A DNA stretch of 56,324 nucleotides, the filler included, from Platydemus manokwari (lineage: Eukaryota), in assembly GCA_037951405.1 (NCBI GenBank). It is 5 parts of 5 records of this genome, joined end to end, with 100 filler letters (N's around TTAATTAATTAA, not from the genome) between each part and the next. Parts side by side here need not be neighbours in the genome. Positions count along the whole stretch, not along the records: positions 1 to 9,537 come from JBBMOY011235653.1; positions 9,638 to 18,910 come from JBBMOY011273428.1; 3 more parts are not named here. The stretch is one strand, 5' to 3'. A model generated the notes under the pieces. The model was not told the origin of the DNA, did no database searches, and saw only the letters and a program-made list of their open reading frames with translations. Position 1 is the first letter of the stretch. Each line of letters begins with the position of its first letter. Shown here in pieces: positions 1 to 12,295 of the stretch. The position numbers and the translations under genes were made by a program.

Positions 1-3000
1 TGTATTTTATTTCATTTTTTAGATATTTATATTATTTACTTCACCAAAGTTATTTAGCTCAAAAATACATATAGATGGTTTAACGGTACTTAAAACGATG
101 CATCCAATAGATATCTTTGATTCTATTTTTCACTAAAACTATACAACTCTTTGAAATTACATAACTTTATCGACAAAATTTTAAAGTTAAGATAGAATAA
201 AATGAAACAGTTTTATCAATTCGCCAGAAAATGTAGTATTCATAAATAGTAAAACAATAACGATCATTTAAAATGTAAACAAAAACTTGTAAGAACCATC
301 AAAATCCCAAATTTAATTCTCTTATACTTACTCTTTGATCGATGCTCAATGTTATGGTAGATTAATAGCCACGCCCTAATTAAAAAGCTCAGACAAAATA
401 CAAAAAGATAGTAAGTATAGTCACCTAAAATATTAATTATGTAATTTTATGTATAAATTTGAGTTAAAAATTGATTTCACGTATAACAAGTGAATTGGTT
501 AAAATTTGAAATATAATTTTTGTATTTTATAATTAGATCGGGTTTCTTAATCTCAGTCGATTACCAAATCAAAATAGATTATTTAAATTTACACACTCAT
601 TTTCGCAACCTTAAACTGAGTCCCTTCAATATCAATCTATTATTTCCACACTTACAATCATATTCTCAAACAAATATTGTCATAATTAGTTTCGACAAGC
701 CTCTCAGATCCTCGTGTATTAAAATTCCTTTGTAATCGATTTCAACAATTATAATATTTCAATTTCATACACTATGGCATTAACAAAAATCTAATAAATT
801 AGAGTTAACACGAAGCAGCTCAACAAAAGATAAAAACAATTGACCGTTTGATATGATAATTTTAATGATTAAGATTATTTTCTTTCAATGAGGAGATTAT
901 TTTTGTATTTATTCTTGCTTAAAAAACAATGATTTAATTTTATATTTTTTTAAATCTATCAAAGAATGTTAATTTATGAATGACATTTTATTTCTTTCAT
1001 TTATAGGAGTGCATTTAAGTTTTATAAAATATTTTTTATTATCAATAGGAAATAAATGGACCAATAATAAACAAAAGAAATTGGAACATGAAATTAATAA
1101 AAATAATAAATAAGTGTTTGCATTAAAGAAATTAATTAAGAATCCGAAGATGATATTGGTGTTGTAAATTCTTTTGGCATATATCTGTTATTTTATAATG
1201 ATGATGTGGCAATATGGCTATAAACGGGTTTATTTTACTTATAATGGTATTGACAAAGATCCGTTAATCAGGATCTGAAATATGTAATGCTTTTTGGGTA
1301 TTTTATTTATTTTATTGCTATATCTTATCAGTTTTTCTGAATTTTGATAACCAATTTTGTTAAGCAATAATCTTTCATATTTGATCTTTCTTCAACTCAA
1401 TAGCTTCAACTACTCGTATAAGAGCAAGATGAGCGGTGTTGGACAATTCATAATTTATGATTGAATCGTAAATTCCATTGATTTTCATTTAATCCCAATC
1501 TTTTCTGGTGAGACCGTCCTTATCTTAATAGTTTTTCCTTTTGTAACCTTTAAGCAGTTATCGCTGTCGAAAAGATATTGAATTGACAGACATTATGAGA
1601 GTTTTATAAAATGATTTAACTATCGAAACCATGAATAACACCTGATTTTGATACAAAAGTATATTGGCACAGCAATTACAACTGAATTTTAGATAATTAT
1701 TTTATACTCTGAAACAGCGTTTAGGTTTATGCTATTTTAAAAAAATATAATGGTTAGTACGCTGCAGTGGAATTAAGCCAATTCAAGAATGAGCCTTTCT
1801 CGAAAAATATTAAATATGCGTATGAATATTTAAAAATCGTTAATTTGGACTATTATTATTATATTCATTCGAACATAATTTGATGTTTACAGTAAAATCT
1901 TAACATATGTATTGTTTTGAAATAGTATTGATGGAAATTAACTGGTGAGATGGATTCATATCAATAAGTTAACATCAATGATTTAAATCTTAATTCAATC
2001 TATGTCCGCCATCTCTAAATAATTGGTAATTTCACCAAAGGTCTAACTCTTCACAGAAAATTATGTTGTGTTCGATAAATAGCAATTATGATAAAATACG
2101 TTTATTTATAATAAAATATACGATTTAAAATTACAATTAAGTTTAACAGATTAAGTGTTATGCTCTGAAGATATTAAAATCAGTGAAGGGTCTAGGTGCT
2201 CCTTTTCTCCGAAAAAAACAGAGGAAAAGTATTTAATTTAATGATTTTGGCTCTATGAATTCTATCGACTTTGTAGAGTAAATTTATTGTTTCCCAACTG
2301 ATCTCCCGTCGGAGATTGATGAAAAGACAATAGAAATGTGAATCATGAAAAATCTTAACATGTTGAATGAAATGCAATTATACAGGTAATTAATTCCAAA
2401 CAATTTTTGATGATAATATTCGTAGTAGCAATCTAAACTGTGATAATGTACTTTTTTGCGTCACTGCAGTATCCATTGTTTCGAATAATTATGCAAAGTC
2501 ATCTGTCTGAAAATTCTGGAGGAAATTTTTTGTGCGTCTAATGACTGACTTCAGTCAGTTCATAAACTATCTTTCTCGAGTGGTTGACTAAGCTCAATTA
2601 CGCATAGTCATGTTTCCTGGGGGGTTTCCAACGTTGCCATGGTTTCGTTGATTAATAATTCAGATTTTATGGTTTTCCTTCCAATTTCCATGACATCGTG
2701 AGATATTGTCAAAATTAATCACTGCTGACTAATAAATTGAAAATCCTGACTTTAAAATTTCTTATTTGTTATGAGTAGTTGTTATTATCTATCTATATAT
2801 TTGTTATGGTATTTTTATTATTTTTGTTATGTAATTTTTTATTATTATAATATTATTATGTTTACGCACTTATGTATTTGTGGGGAACCTACCGGATCAT
2901 TTCGACCAAACCACAGAATTAAAAATAAATAGAAAATAATATAAAGTTTTTTTTAAATAAGACACAAATTATGAAAATAAAATTATTAAAAATCATGAAA

Positions 3001-4199
3001 ATATAATAGAAATAGGTCAAATAAAAATGTGTTTTAACAAATCAAAAATTATACTTGTTTAAGTGCTCAAAATAATTAAAATTATTCCTGCAACCTCAAG
3101 GGCATAAAATTATTCACAAAAAACTTTTTTTAGCAACTGCGTCAGTCCTAAAAATAGATCACCCCAATTTAGTAAAATAATCAACTAAAATTGTGGGTTA
3201 TTACTAAATTTAGCACTGACGTGTAAATGTTGCTAATGATGTTAACAAATATGGGCAATTTGCCTAGCAATACACACGAAACACGTTAAACAGTATAAAA
3301 GCCAACAGCAATAGTTAGTCAACGGACTTTATCGACAGACATGATTTGAATTATATGACAATTTTGAAGGAGCTTATTATTAATTTATACGGTACGTTTG
3401 ACGAAGATTATTATTGAATTATACGATACGTTGTGAAGAAGTTTATCCCAATTCTGATTACTGAAGATATTTTTTGATTATCATGCATCCAATGAGTAAA
3501 TTTTTTATTTTAATTAAATCTAGATCCAAGGTTAGTTTTAGCCTTGTGGTCCTTTAAAATTACTAAGCACATCTTAACAGCTCTCCACTTTTATTTTTTT
3601 AATGAGAGGCTTGCCCAGCCACCTAAGAGGCACGTCCTTTACTGTTACTAGAGGTTCTCTTACTCACCCAATAGATTCATATTTATCTTGAAGCTATTTA
3701 AAATCATTGTTATTCAAATCATTTTTTTATGAATATATTCTATTGTGTTATTTTATTGCCTTTATTATTTATATTTTAAATGTTATTTTTCATTATATCC
3801 GAGCGTAGACGCAGCAACAACCTTATCTGTATGGAGTCCGGATAACTTGAAGATTATAGAGTGACACTTAAGCCTTATTACAAACGATATCACAAATCCT
3901 TCTGATTATATTGATTCATATCTTTTTACAAATTTCACATTTATAATTTGAAATGCAGTAACTTCTATTTGTATAAACCACCTACAATCTTTAACATATT
4001 ATTGTTTATTTCTACGGACATCCATGCATCCAACAGTATAATTAAAAATTGGTTGATATAATTTGAAATTTGAAGAACAATTCGAACATATATTTCATTT
4101 TGAAATTGGATATTTTAATTATGTGGAGCAAAATTTGAACAACTGAACATGCTTTACATCTTAATTTCAAGTTATTGAGTTTTTTAATTTTTCTTGCAT

Positions 4200-4660
4200 C
4201 TTGTTTCAAAATAGTGGTTTATGTTTCATAATGCATGTTTAATAAATATTAAATTATAACATCAAATTCGTGCGAGATGTTTGCTTGTAATTATAGATAT
4301 AGGCAAGTTCCTTTCTTTCTAAGTATAGCTTTTAGATAATTCGTATGTTAATTATTTCTCATGATTGTGGTAATCAGTAATAAAGTTTTTATATGGAGCT
4401 ATGGTTTGTTTTGGCATTTGCTCTTTCTTAGTTATTTAAAAGTGTAAATTGAAGGATGGAGTACAGTACATTGATGAGAAGACACAAGTATTTTTGTTGA
4501 ACGAGGTTGGGTATTGTAATTATAAGAATACAATTATTGAGACTGATTTTTGTGATATTTAGTTGATCTGAATCGTTATAGTTCAGTATAATTGAAATAA
4601 CCGTGAACACAATCGTAATGTCGATTCCTACTATAATGGTTTTTAATATGATCGACATTG
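4200..4660 (-). mobile_element. Highly decayed LINE (CR1/L2-like) endonuclease-to-linker fragment
   Basis: Minus-strand translation gives degenerate APE-like (IVG..., I..P.. ..LI) and Y.N.L..ILRK-like segments with many frameshifts. Weak resemblance only; boundaries approximate. Confidence 0.25.
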
Positions 4661-7073
4661 GTTTTATTATATCTAAAGTTCGACCTAGTTTGCGTAATCA
4701 TGTTCAGTGTTGACACAAGAATTGTAGTTACAAATAATTTTTATTAGTTTCAAGACTCACTTTATTTATATTTGTTTAGTTTCTTAAATTTTTCACTCTA
4801 ATTAACTGTCTATTGCTTTTTTATTATTTTGACTTTAGTTTGATCCGTCTTAAATAACTACTTATTTGTAATTATTTTACCTTTATTTATTTAAATACTT
4901 TCATAACCACCTCTAAGTCGTGAACTTATACATCACAATCACCAGATTCAATTTATAAACAGGAATAATTAAAAAGGGTTATCTTTACATAATATTGACA
5001 ATGTTTCAATAATACACACTATTTGTTTTTCACGATACAGATTCATATTTTTTATATGAAAAATCAAATGATTGGATTTGAAATTAATATTATCTTGTCA
5101 ATAGGAATAAACAAATAATTAAACTAAACATTAGCAATTTAAAAATTCATTCGAATTACTGAGAATGCAGGAATTATTAAATTTTTATGTCGCTAATAGT
5201 CTAGAATCAGAACATATTGATTTTCTGTTTCTGCATTATTTCTAAGCAATTTTGGTTTAGCCCGTATTTCTTTAATAATTTGACTCATATACTTATCATT
5301 TATATTTTCTTTTCGATTTCCGCCTATTCATTAGATGATCATTTTCTGAATAATTACATATGTTTGGTCCGGTAGATTGACATAAACATTCAAATGTTGG
5401 ATTTATATTTTGACAGTAGATGGCGTAATCATTCAACATTTTTTGATTACACAAAACCTAATACTGAAAATACCATGTACTCAGTTTTTATTAATGTGTT
5501 CTGCTTCATTTAAAATATAAGAATAATGTTCTAATAGTTAACTGAAATTAATTTCAATTATACTAAGTGCAAAATTTTTAATTCTGAATTTATTGAATTT
5601 TCACATTTAAGGGTATCACGCTTCTTTGTTATTAGATTGACTACACTTGCACTTATGTCTAGAATAATTACTAACAAATCATTGATGAAATGTTTAACTA
5701 TAGCAATAGTTCGTTGAATCACATTAGAGTATTTAATTATTAAATTTGTTTAGGTACTAAATAACGTTTTCAAAGTTAAACAAATAAAATATTATCTAAT
5801 AATCTAAATTTCTTTGATTATAATGCACTTCGTTAAATAAAATATACATTCCAAGGGTTTGCAGAATTATCTGAGTAGTTCTATCAATTCAGAAGCACTA
5901 AACGTGATCCCGCGTAAAGCATAATAAATACAAATTAACTCCTTTTCACAATTCTGCAAATAAAATTGTGAAAATCAATAAATTAAAAATTTTAACTTAA
6001 GATTTAAATACTTTCAAAAACCTTAGGATTGAAATAAAACATTAAAATAAATCAAATCACAACATTTACGATTCAGAAATTTACTAATAAACAACTTAAT
6101 TAGTTTTTAACAAATCCTTCTTGACAGATAAGTTAAAGTTGAAAATTCGCCAGTGTTCGGATTGAATCCAGATCAGTTAAATTAATTCATTTGTGAATAT
6201 TCTTATGAGTCGAATAATTCAGTTTACTTAAAAATTTCACTTTATCCATTATTAGAATCAATAAATCTTGTTCGCACATTTTAATGATTTACAAATGATG
6301 TAAATCGGACTTTTTCAATTTATATATTTACGTTCCGAAACTAAAATTTCTCAGATTATGTAGCTCAAGTTACATGATCCTTCTTCCGATTAATTGTCCT
6401 AGACACAGATCAAAATGTGTTCCTACAATTCTGATAAGCGAATAACCTAATTTAAATATGAATATCAACTTGCTATTCCTACACACATTTATTAAAATGT
6501 GTCAGTTCATTCAACCAACCTCTGCTCACAACTCAATGGCAGCGGAATATTATCATCATAGACCAATCCATAATATATCCACATTATAAATGCATCAATC
6601 CTCAAACCCAACACCCTACAATTTTTAATTGATAAAATCATTTGATTTTTCAGATGAAATTTTCAAAACTCTGAATATCCAAGCATCGTGGTTACTTACT
6701 ATAACATCTTCTAAATAAGCATATTTTCATTTAATCTCAATGAATTATGAACTGATAATATGAACCCAACTCCACTTTGTTGACACAGATGAGCACAACA
6801 TATTAAACAAGCCCATCGATCCAGCTACCAAAATGATCAACATGTCAAAAATTCAAAACACGAGTATGTCACAGTACGACAGTCATAATTTATTAACGAG
6901 CAAAGGCAAAACGAATTTCACAAATACAATCACAAGACATAGTCGATGACAGCAGGGCATAACATAAACATGGTTAACCAATATCTACACTCACACCACA
7001 GTCAGCACAAGCCTCATCAACAAACACCTCAGTCGAATAAATCACGTGAATGACTGCCTAACTTTGTCAGCAA

Positions 7074-7081
7074 CCTTACCT
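7074..7081 (-). promoter_or_regulatory. Candidate 5' splice donor immediately after the TDP-43 stop codon
   Basis: Minus strand reads TGA AG|GTAAGG: stop at 7084-7082, GT at 7079-7078. Matches the AG|GTAAG consensus; no acceptor assigned. Confidence 0.5.
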
Positions 7082-8471
7082 TCACTTTTTTGAATATTTC
7101 CCATGTATCGGAGCACCTGATTTATTGGCGGCTGCAACAATAGCAGCTACAACTTCGGGATTGTTAAGGATGTTTAAAGCGGTATTTGCTGCTGACCCAT
7201 GCTGATTTGGGTCTGTATATTGATTCATGTAATTCTGGTGCATCATCTCTTGACTAGCATACCCTTGTTGAAGTGCTTCTTGACCTGCTCTGTTGCCATT
7301 GGCTACCATATATGTTTGACCATGACCAGCTATAAGACCTGAATAGGCACCATATGTATTGTTTGTATTCACTCTTGCTTTTTGAGCAGCAGCAATATCA
7401 TAACTTGGTGGCCAAGCAGCCCCATATGTTGGTATCATACCTGGAGCATATCGAGTTTGGTATGTTTGTGTTTGCATTCCAGAATCGGGGTACATTGAAA
7501 AATGTGACGCAATACCTTTTCTATTACTATTAATTTTTGGCACAGCGCTACCTATAGTCAAAGTATGACCATTTATGGTTACCGTTTGACCGATAAGTGC
7601 CTGAGCAGCATCACTGGAGTCAAATGTAACAAAAGCAAAATTTCTGAAGGGTTTTGGTATAAATATATCTGTCACATAACCATATTGCTCGAATGCTATT
7701 CGTAAATCTTCCATTGAAATATCTTCTGAAGCATATCCTACGTGGATCTTTTTCGATATTTCTTGTTTATCAGCCTCATTCTGAATTAAAACGAACATCT
7801 TTACATCGATATTCAACAACAAACTACATTACTTTTGAAAATGGTACTTTAACTGCACACCACCTCCCATCAATCAAATGTTTTTCAGCCAAGCATAAAA
7901 CTTGTGATTCATAATCGGCAAATCTTATAAATGCGTATCCTTTACTGTGACTAGTTTCTCTATCTTTTTTAACCTATATAAAATTTTTGATAAACAGTAA
8001 TAATCATATTATTACTTGAACAAGAACTAATTCTCCAAATTTACCGAAATATTTTCGCAATGTTTCTTCATCCACTTTCCATCCTAGATTCAAGACAATC
8101 AGGTCAGTACATTTTCTGCCCTCCAATCTTTTGGATTTCTGAAGGGGCTTTTCTACTTCCTCATCAATTTTGCGTTTATTATTATTGTCTGATTTAATTC
8201 AATCAGATTTAAAACAATCAGATGAATATATTATACCTTTGGCAAAAACACAATAAAATTTTAGGGATTGCCAGCCTTCCACGGGTTTATAAAATTTACC
8301 ATCAGATAGTTTGAGGGCTCTGAAGGTATTTGTTTCTGGGGCACGGTATTTTAAACCACAGACATTTGGAAAGATTCCTCCTAAAGTTGTCAACAAAACA
8401 GTGTCATCACTCTCGACAGGAATTTCAATTGTTTCCGAATCTTCATATTCACAAACTGCTATGTAGTACAT
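7082..8471 (-). CDS. TARDBP: TAR DNA-binding protein 43 (TDP-43) orthologue, 415 aa; exons 8471-8237, 8188-8016, 7973-7833, 7780-7082
   Basis: N-terminal domain (IEIPVESDDTVLLTTL..FP..CGLKYR), bipartite NLS (KRK...KSKR), RRM1 (DLIVLNLGWK, SKGYAFIRF, HLIDGRWC), RRM2 (DIFIPKPFRNFAFVTF) and a Q/N/G/A/Y-rich tail. Three GT-AG introns of 48, 42 and 52 nt keep the frame (1248 nt = 416 codons) and fall at positions matching human TARDBP (K-D, VQ|VKKD, SK|). Confidence 0.96.
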
Positions 8472-9537
8472 TTTAATAAATATGGATAAAGTAACGATCA
8501 ATGGTATAGTAATAAATGTTTATTTATTTATAAATAATTTAAATAAATTAAAACAAAAATTTATAATATTGGTGTAAATTAAATTAAGCTAAGAAATAAT
8601 CAACTCTAATGTTTAAAAAATTGTTTAGGCAGTTCACGTGACTTATCTTTATTTAAAGTTTTTTTGATTTTGTTAAGAAGTTTTTTAGAAATTAAGATAA
8701 TTTTCCAAAATTAATAAAACAAATTAATAAACATGTAGTATGATTAAATAAGTTTTCATTAAATTAATTTAATGTAGTTTTTTTATTAAAGTGAAATGAA
8801 AGCAATTGTGGTTTAAAATGTAAAATGATACTTTAATATATGTGAAAGCTTGTCTATTGAATAAAGAGTTTGCACGTAGAAGATATTCGAGTAATTTTAA
8901 ATTAAATAAAATTTGATGATCAAGATTTTCTTTATAAAAATGGTAAAAGCTTAAAAAATGAAATCAAAAAGAGTTAAAAGTTGATAAGTAAATTAATTAA
9001 CAATGTAATATGATTGTACATTCAATTTGGAGTTCGAAATAATTGTGCAATACTATGAGCATAAGGCTAAATTACAGCTATGTTGTGTTCACTCTGTTAA
9101 ACCCGAATAAAATAGTTACAATTGTTAAGTTAATCGTTGAAAAGTTATAATAACAAACAACAATTGTCAACAATTAGTAATGATACTTCTATTCAATCCA
9201 ACGCAAAATTATACAGAACATTAGCAGTTATTGATCGAAAAATGAATATGGACCTTTAAAAGAAAAATTGAATTCAAGAGATTTCACCTATTTCGTATAT
9301 ATTTTTTATTATATAATGTATAAATAATTTGTATAAACTCTTCTATAAACATTTAATAACTTTTCGTTTACTAACTTTTTTCAGAACATACTAACTCACT
9401 ATTAATTTTTCACATGTCAACAATTCGTGTTTTAAAAAATTCACTTAAAATTTGGCATAACAAATTTGCTCTCATAAATTAAATTAATTATAATTCTATT
9501 AATTTACTTACACTTCTATCGTCGGATTTTTAAGAAT

Positions 9538-9637
9538 NNNNNNNNNNNNNNNNNNNNNNNNNNNNNNNNNNNNNNNNNNNNTTAATTAATTAANNNNNNN
9601 NNNNNNNNNNNNNNNNNNNNNNNNNNNNNNNNNNNNN
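9538..9637. other. Artificial contig-joining spacer
   Basis: 44 N + TTAATTAATTAA (stop codons in all six frames) + 44 N; identical at four places. Confidence 0.97.
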
Positions 9638-10431
9638 AAAATTTTTTAAAAAATTAGAAAACAAGAATTTTTTTAAACTTGAAAAAGAATTTTAAAGAAG
9701 ATTTCTTTTCCGGTTTATAATAAATCTAAATGGTCTCACCAATGAAATCCGTCACGAACAACTGATTTAAAAATTAAGAGGATTATTTTTAGAAAGTTAA
9801 GCTTTTTAAATGGTTGAACTAATAAGTAATTGGAATATGATGATATTTATTGTAAGAACTCGAATTAAATCTATTCAAAACTTCGATTATACTAAATATT
9901 TTATATTTGAAAGTTAAAAAAAATAATAAAAATAAAGAAATTGATAAAGCATTTCGCGGATCGAAAATAAAATATATGAAAAAAACTAAATATTCACGGA
10001 AAAATAAATTAAAAAACAAATCAAGAAAAATATCAATAAAATAATACCATATACTCCCATGAAACCAAAACACAATCACATCAAGTGTCCACAATTAATT
10101 GGTTGCCATGGGGTGGCATCAGTCAAAGAATTAATTATTAAAAAACATAATAGATTAGAAATCCTATCCGATACTCATACACAGAAAAGATTACAAAGAA
10201 AATCTATCGGTGGACCTCAAGACTAAAGTTTAATCAGCAAACACTCATAAAACTCCTGATAACTGAAGAAAAAATACTGTGATGTATCAATGAGTGATTT
10301 GTGTTTAAAAATATTCCGCTGAATCATTTGATGTTTTTAATTATAAAATATAAAATCAGATAAAATTAACATTATGAACAGTTTAACTAATGAATTTGTA
10401 AAAATATCAAGAAAAATAAAAATAATCACAC

Positions 10432-10961
10432 CTTTTGGTAAAATTTATCTAAACTGGAATCTAACAATTCCATACAAATCCATACATCACCACCTTGAAA
10501 CATTGCACCATAACTGACAACAACATATTGACAATGAGTGCTGCGCATACTTATATTGAGGTCATTAAGCAGTCTTCGTTGCTCTCTATCATTCATTGAA
10601 CATCTGATCTTCTTTACTGCAAATATTAACTGAGATGGTTTGTGACGCATTTTCTCCACAATACCATATTGACCTTCACCTAATACATAAATAAATAAAA
10701 TTTAATTTGATAAATTTATTTATCATTTGTTTAAGAAAACATTGCACAAAAATACTTACCAAGTTTGTTAATGATTTCCATATCTTTTATAGCGACGACA
10801 ATTTTATTTCCATTTACCTTCACTTCGGTATGATCAGTTAAGCCTGCTACTGCATTTGTATTCAAAGCAACTGGCTGAATACTTTCACTTTGAACAGTCG
10901 CGTGTATAAAAGGTGGAGGACGAATTTTTTTATGCCCGCTATCCCCTCTCCCAGTAGACAT
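10432..10961 (-). CDS. MAP2K6: MAP kinase kinase of the MKK3/MKK6 (p38-activating) type, 5' part only; exons 10961-10760 and 10679-10432
   Basis: Spliced translation LGEGQYGIVEKMRHKPSQLIFAVKKIR...QRRLLNDLNISMRSTHC.YVV..YGAMFQGGDVWICMELLDSSLDKFYQK closely follows MKK3/6; N-terminal basic docking-like motif KKIRPPPF. No further exon found before the spacer at 9637. MAP2K3 versus MAP2K6 cannot be resolved. Confidence 0.9.
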
Positions 10962-11319
10962 CTAAAACTAAAAAGCAACTTTAAAATCAAAATAACTTAA
11001 AATGAAAAAGTATTATGTAGTCAAATTAACCCACTATAATAATCAATAATTATAGTAATTATCAACAAAATTAAAACTTTAAGTAAAAGCACAAAATTAG
11101 TCATACTATATTTTTACCAAAATTATTGTTATCTAACTAACTAAGTTAATTAAATTGAAGTAACTAAACAAAATCATAAAATACATACTATATTTTTATT
11201 TTGAAATTGTATAAAACAAAAAAATCTACATTTAAAAAGATTAAAAGGTTAAACAATTTTATTTTACTGTTTTGATGTTTATATTTACTTTTTTATTTCA
11301 AAAATATTAATTAATGACG

Positions 11320-11333
11320 GTAACCATAGTAAA
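11320..11333 (+). promoter_or_regulatory. X-box-like (RFX) motif in the divergent promoter region
   Basis: GTAACCATAGTAAA, one mismatch to GTHNYY-AT-RRNAAC, about 330 nt upstream of the ATG at 11648. Confidence 0.3.
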
Positions 11334-11647
11334 GTTATAATATATCAGCAAACGATAATGTGAGAATATAATCTATTGTTTATCAATTTTAAAGTATTTG
11401 AGAAAGACCGGTAGTAATCCTATAGATATTTTATTATGTATGTAATGATTGATGTCATCAACAACAAAGCTAGCTGTCATAATATAATTCAATTGAACAG
11501 TTAAAATAAATTCGGAATCTTGTGGCTATCAATAAATTAATTTTCATTAGGTAAATTGGTCAGATAATTTTTGTGTATCAGTTTTATTTCTCAATTAGAA
11601 GCGATTACTAAACTATTTGACAATGGTCTTCAGAATAATATTTAATC

Positions 11648-12242
11648 ATGGTTTTACCGAAAGCGAAAATGCCCGAATCTAATCAAGTACCTCGAATGAC
11701 TAATCCAGTTGATTCTATAATGATGACAGTTCAACATAAAAACCTGTTACCATCAGCACCATCAATGAAAAATAAAGAAATTAAAATTCCTAAAACTAGT
11801 GCCTTTAACCCATATCCTGGACTGACTTCATTTTCCTCCAATTTATGTAAAAGAATCAACGTACTTCATCCCAATCCTTCAGTTCGTAGAACGGTATCTT
11901 TAGAAACAAAAGATCAACATGCCCTTAATCTTTTATGTACAACTGAAAAGCAACGTCAAACAAGGGAAAGATTTCATAATGCATATTCGAGATATTTCTA
12001 TGGCGATCCTGTTAATAAGGAGTTGTATAGGTAAGATCAATAATAAATCCATTATATTATATCTTTCTTTGTAAAGGAAGTATCTAAGGGAAAGTCTTAA
12101 AGAACAGATGACAGAAAGGGAATCTATAACTTCTTTCAGTCACAAATTGAAACAAATCGGTAATATATTTATCAATTTTAATGAGTATTTTTTATAATTT
12201 ATAATTTATTATTATTATAATTTATGATTTATTATTTATTAT

Positions 12243-12295
<53 letters not shown>

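Noticed and set aside
520-735. Short hydrophobic ORFs (also 9819-10094, 12906-13151, 33378-33575, 34171-34492, 51156-51356)
   Set aside because: F/I/L/K/N-rich translations expected by chance from AT-rich DNA; no motifs or splice support.
1140-1720. Possible PAN-like pseudogene on the minus strand (CLSIQYLFDSDNCL)
   Set aside because: One short motif among many stops; not enough support.
2633-2646. X-box-like GTTGCCATGGTTTC
   Set aside because: No associated gene or TSS is visible nearby.
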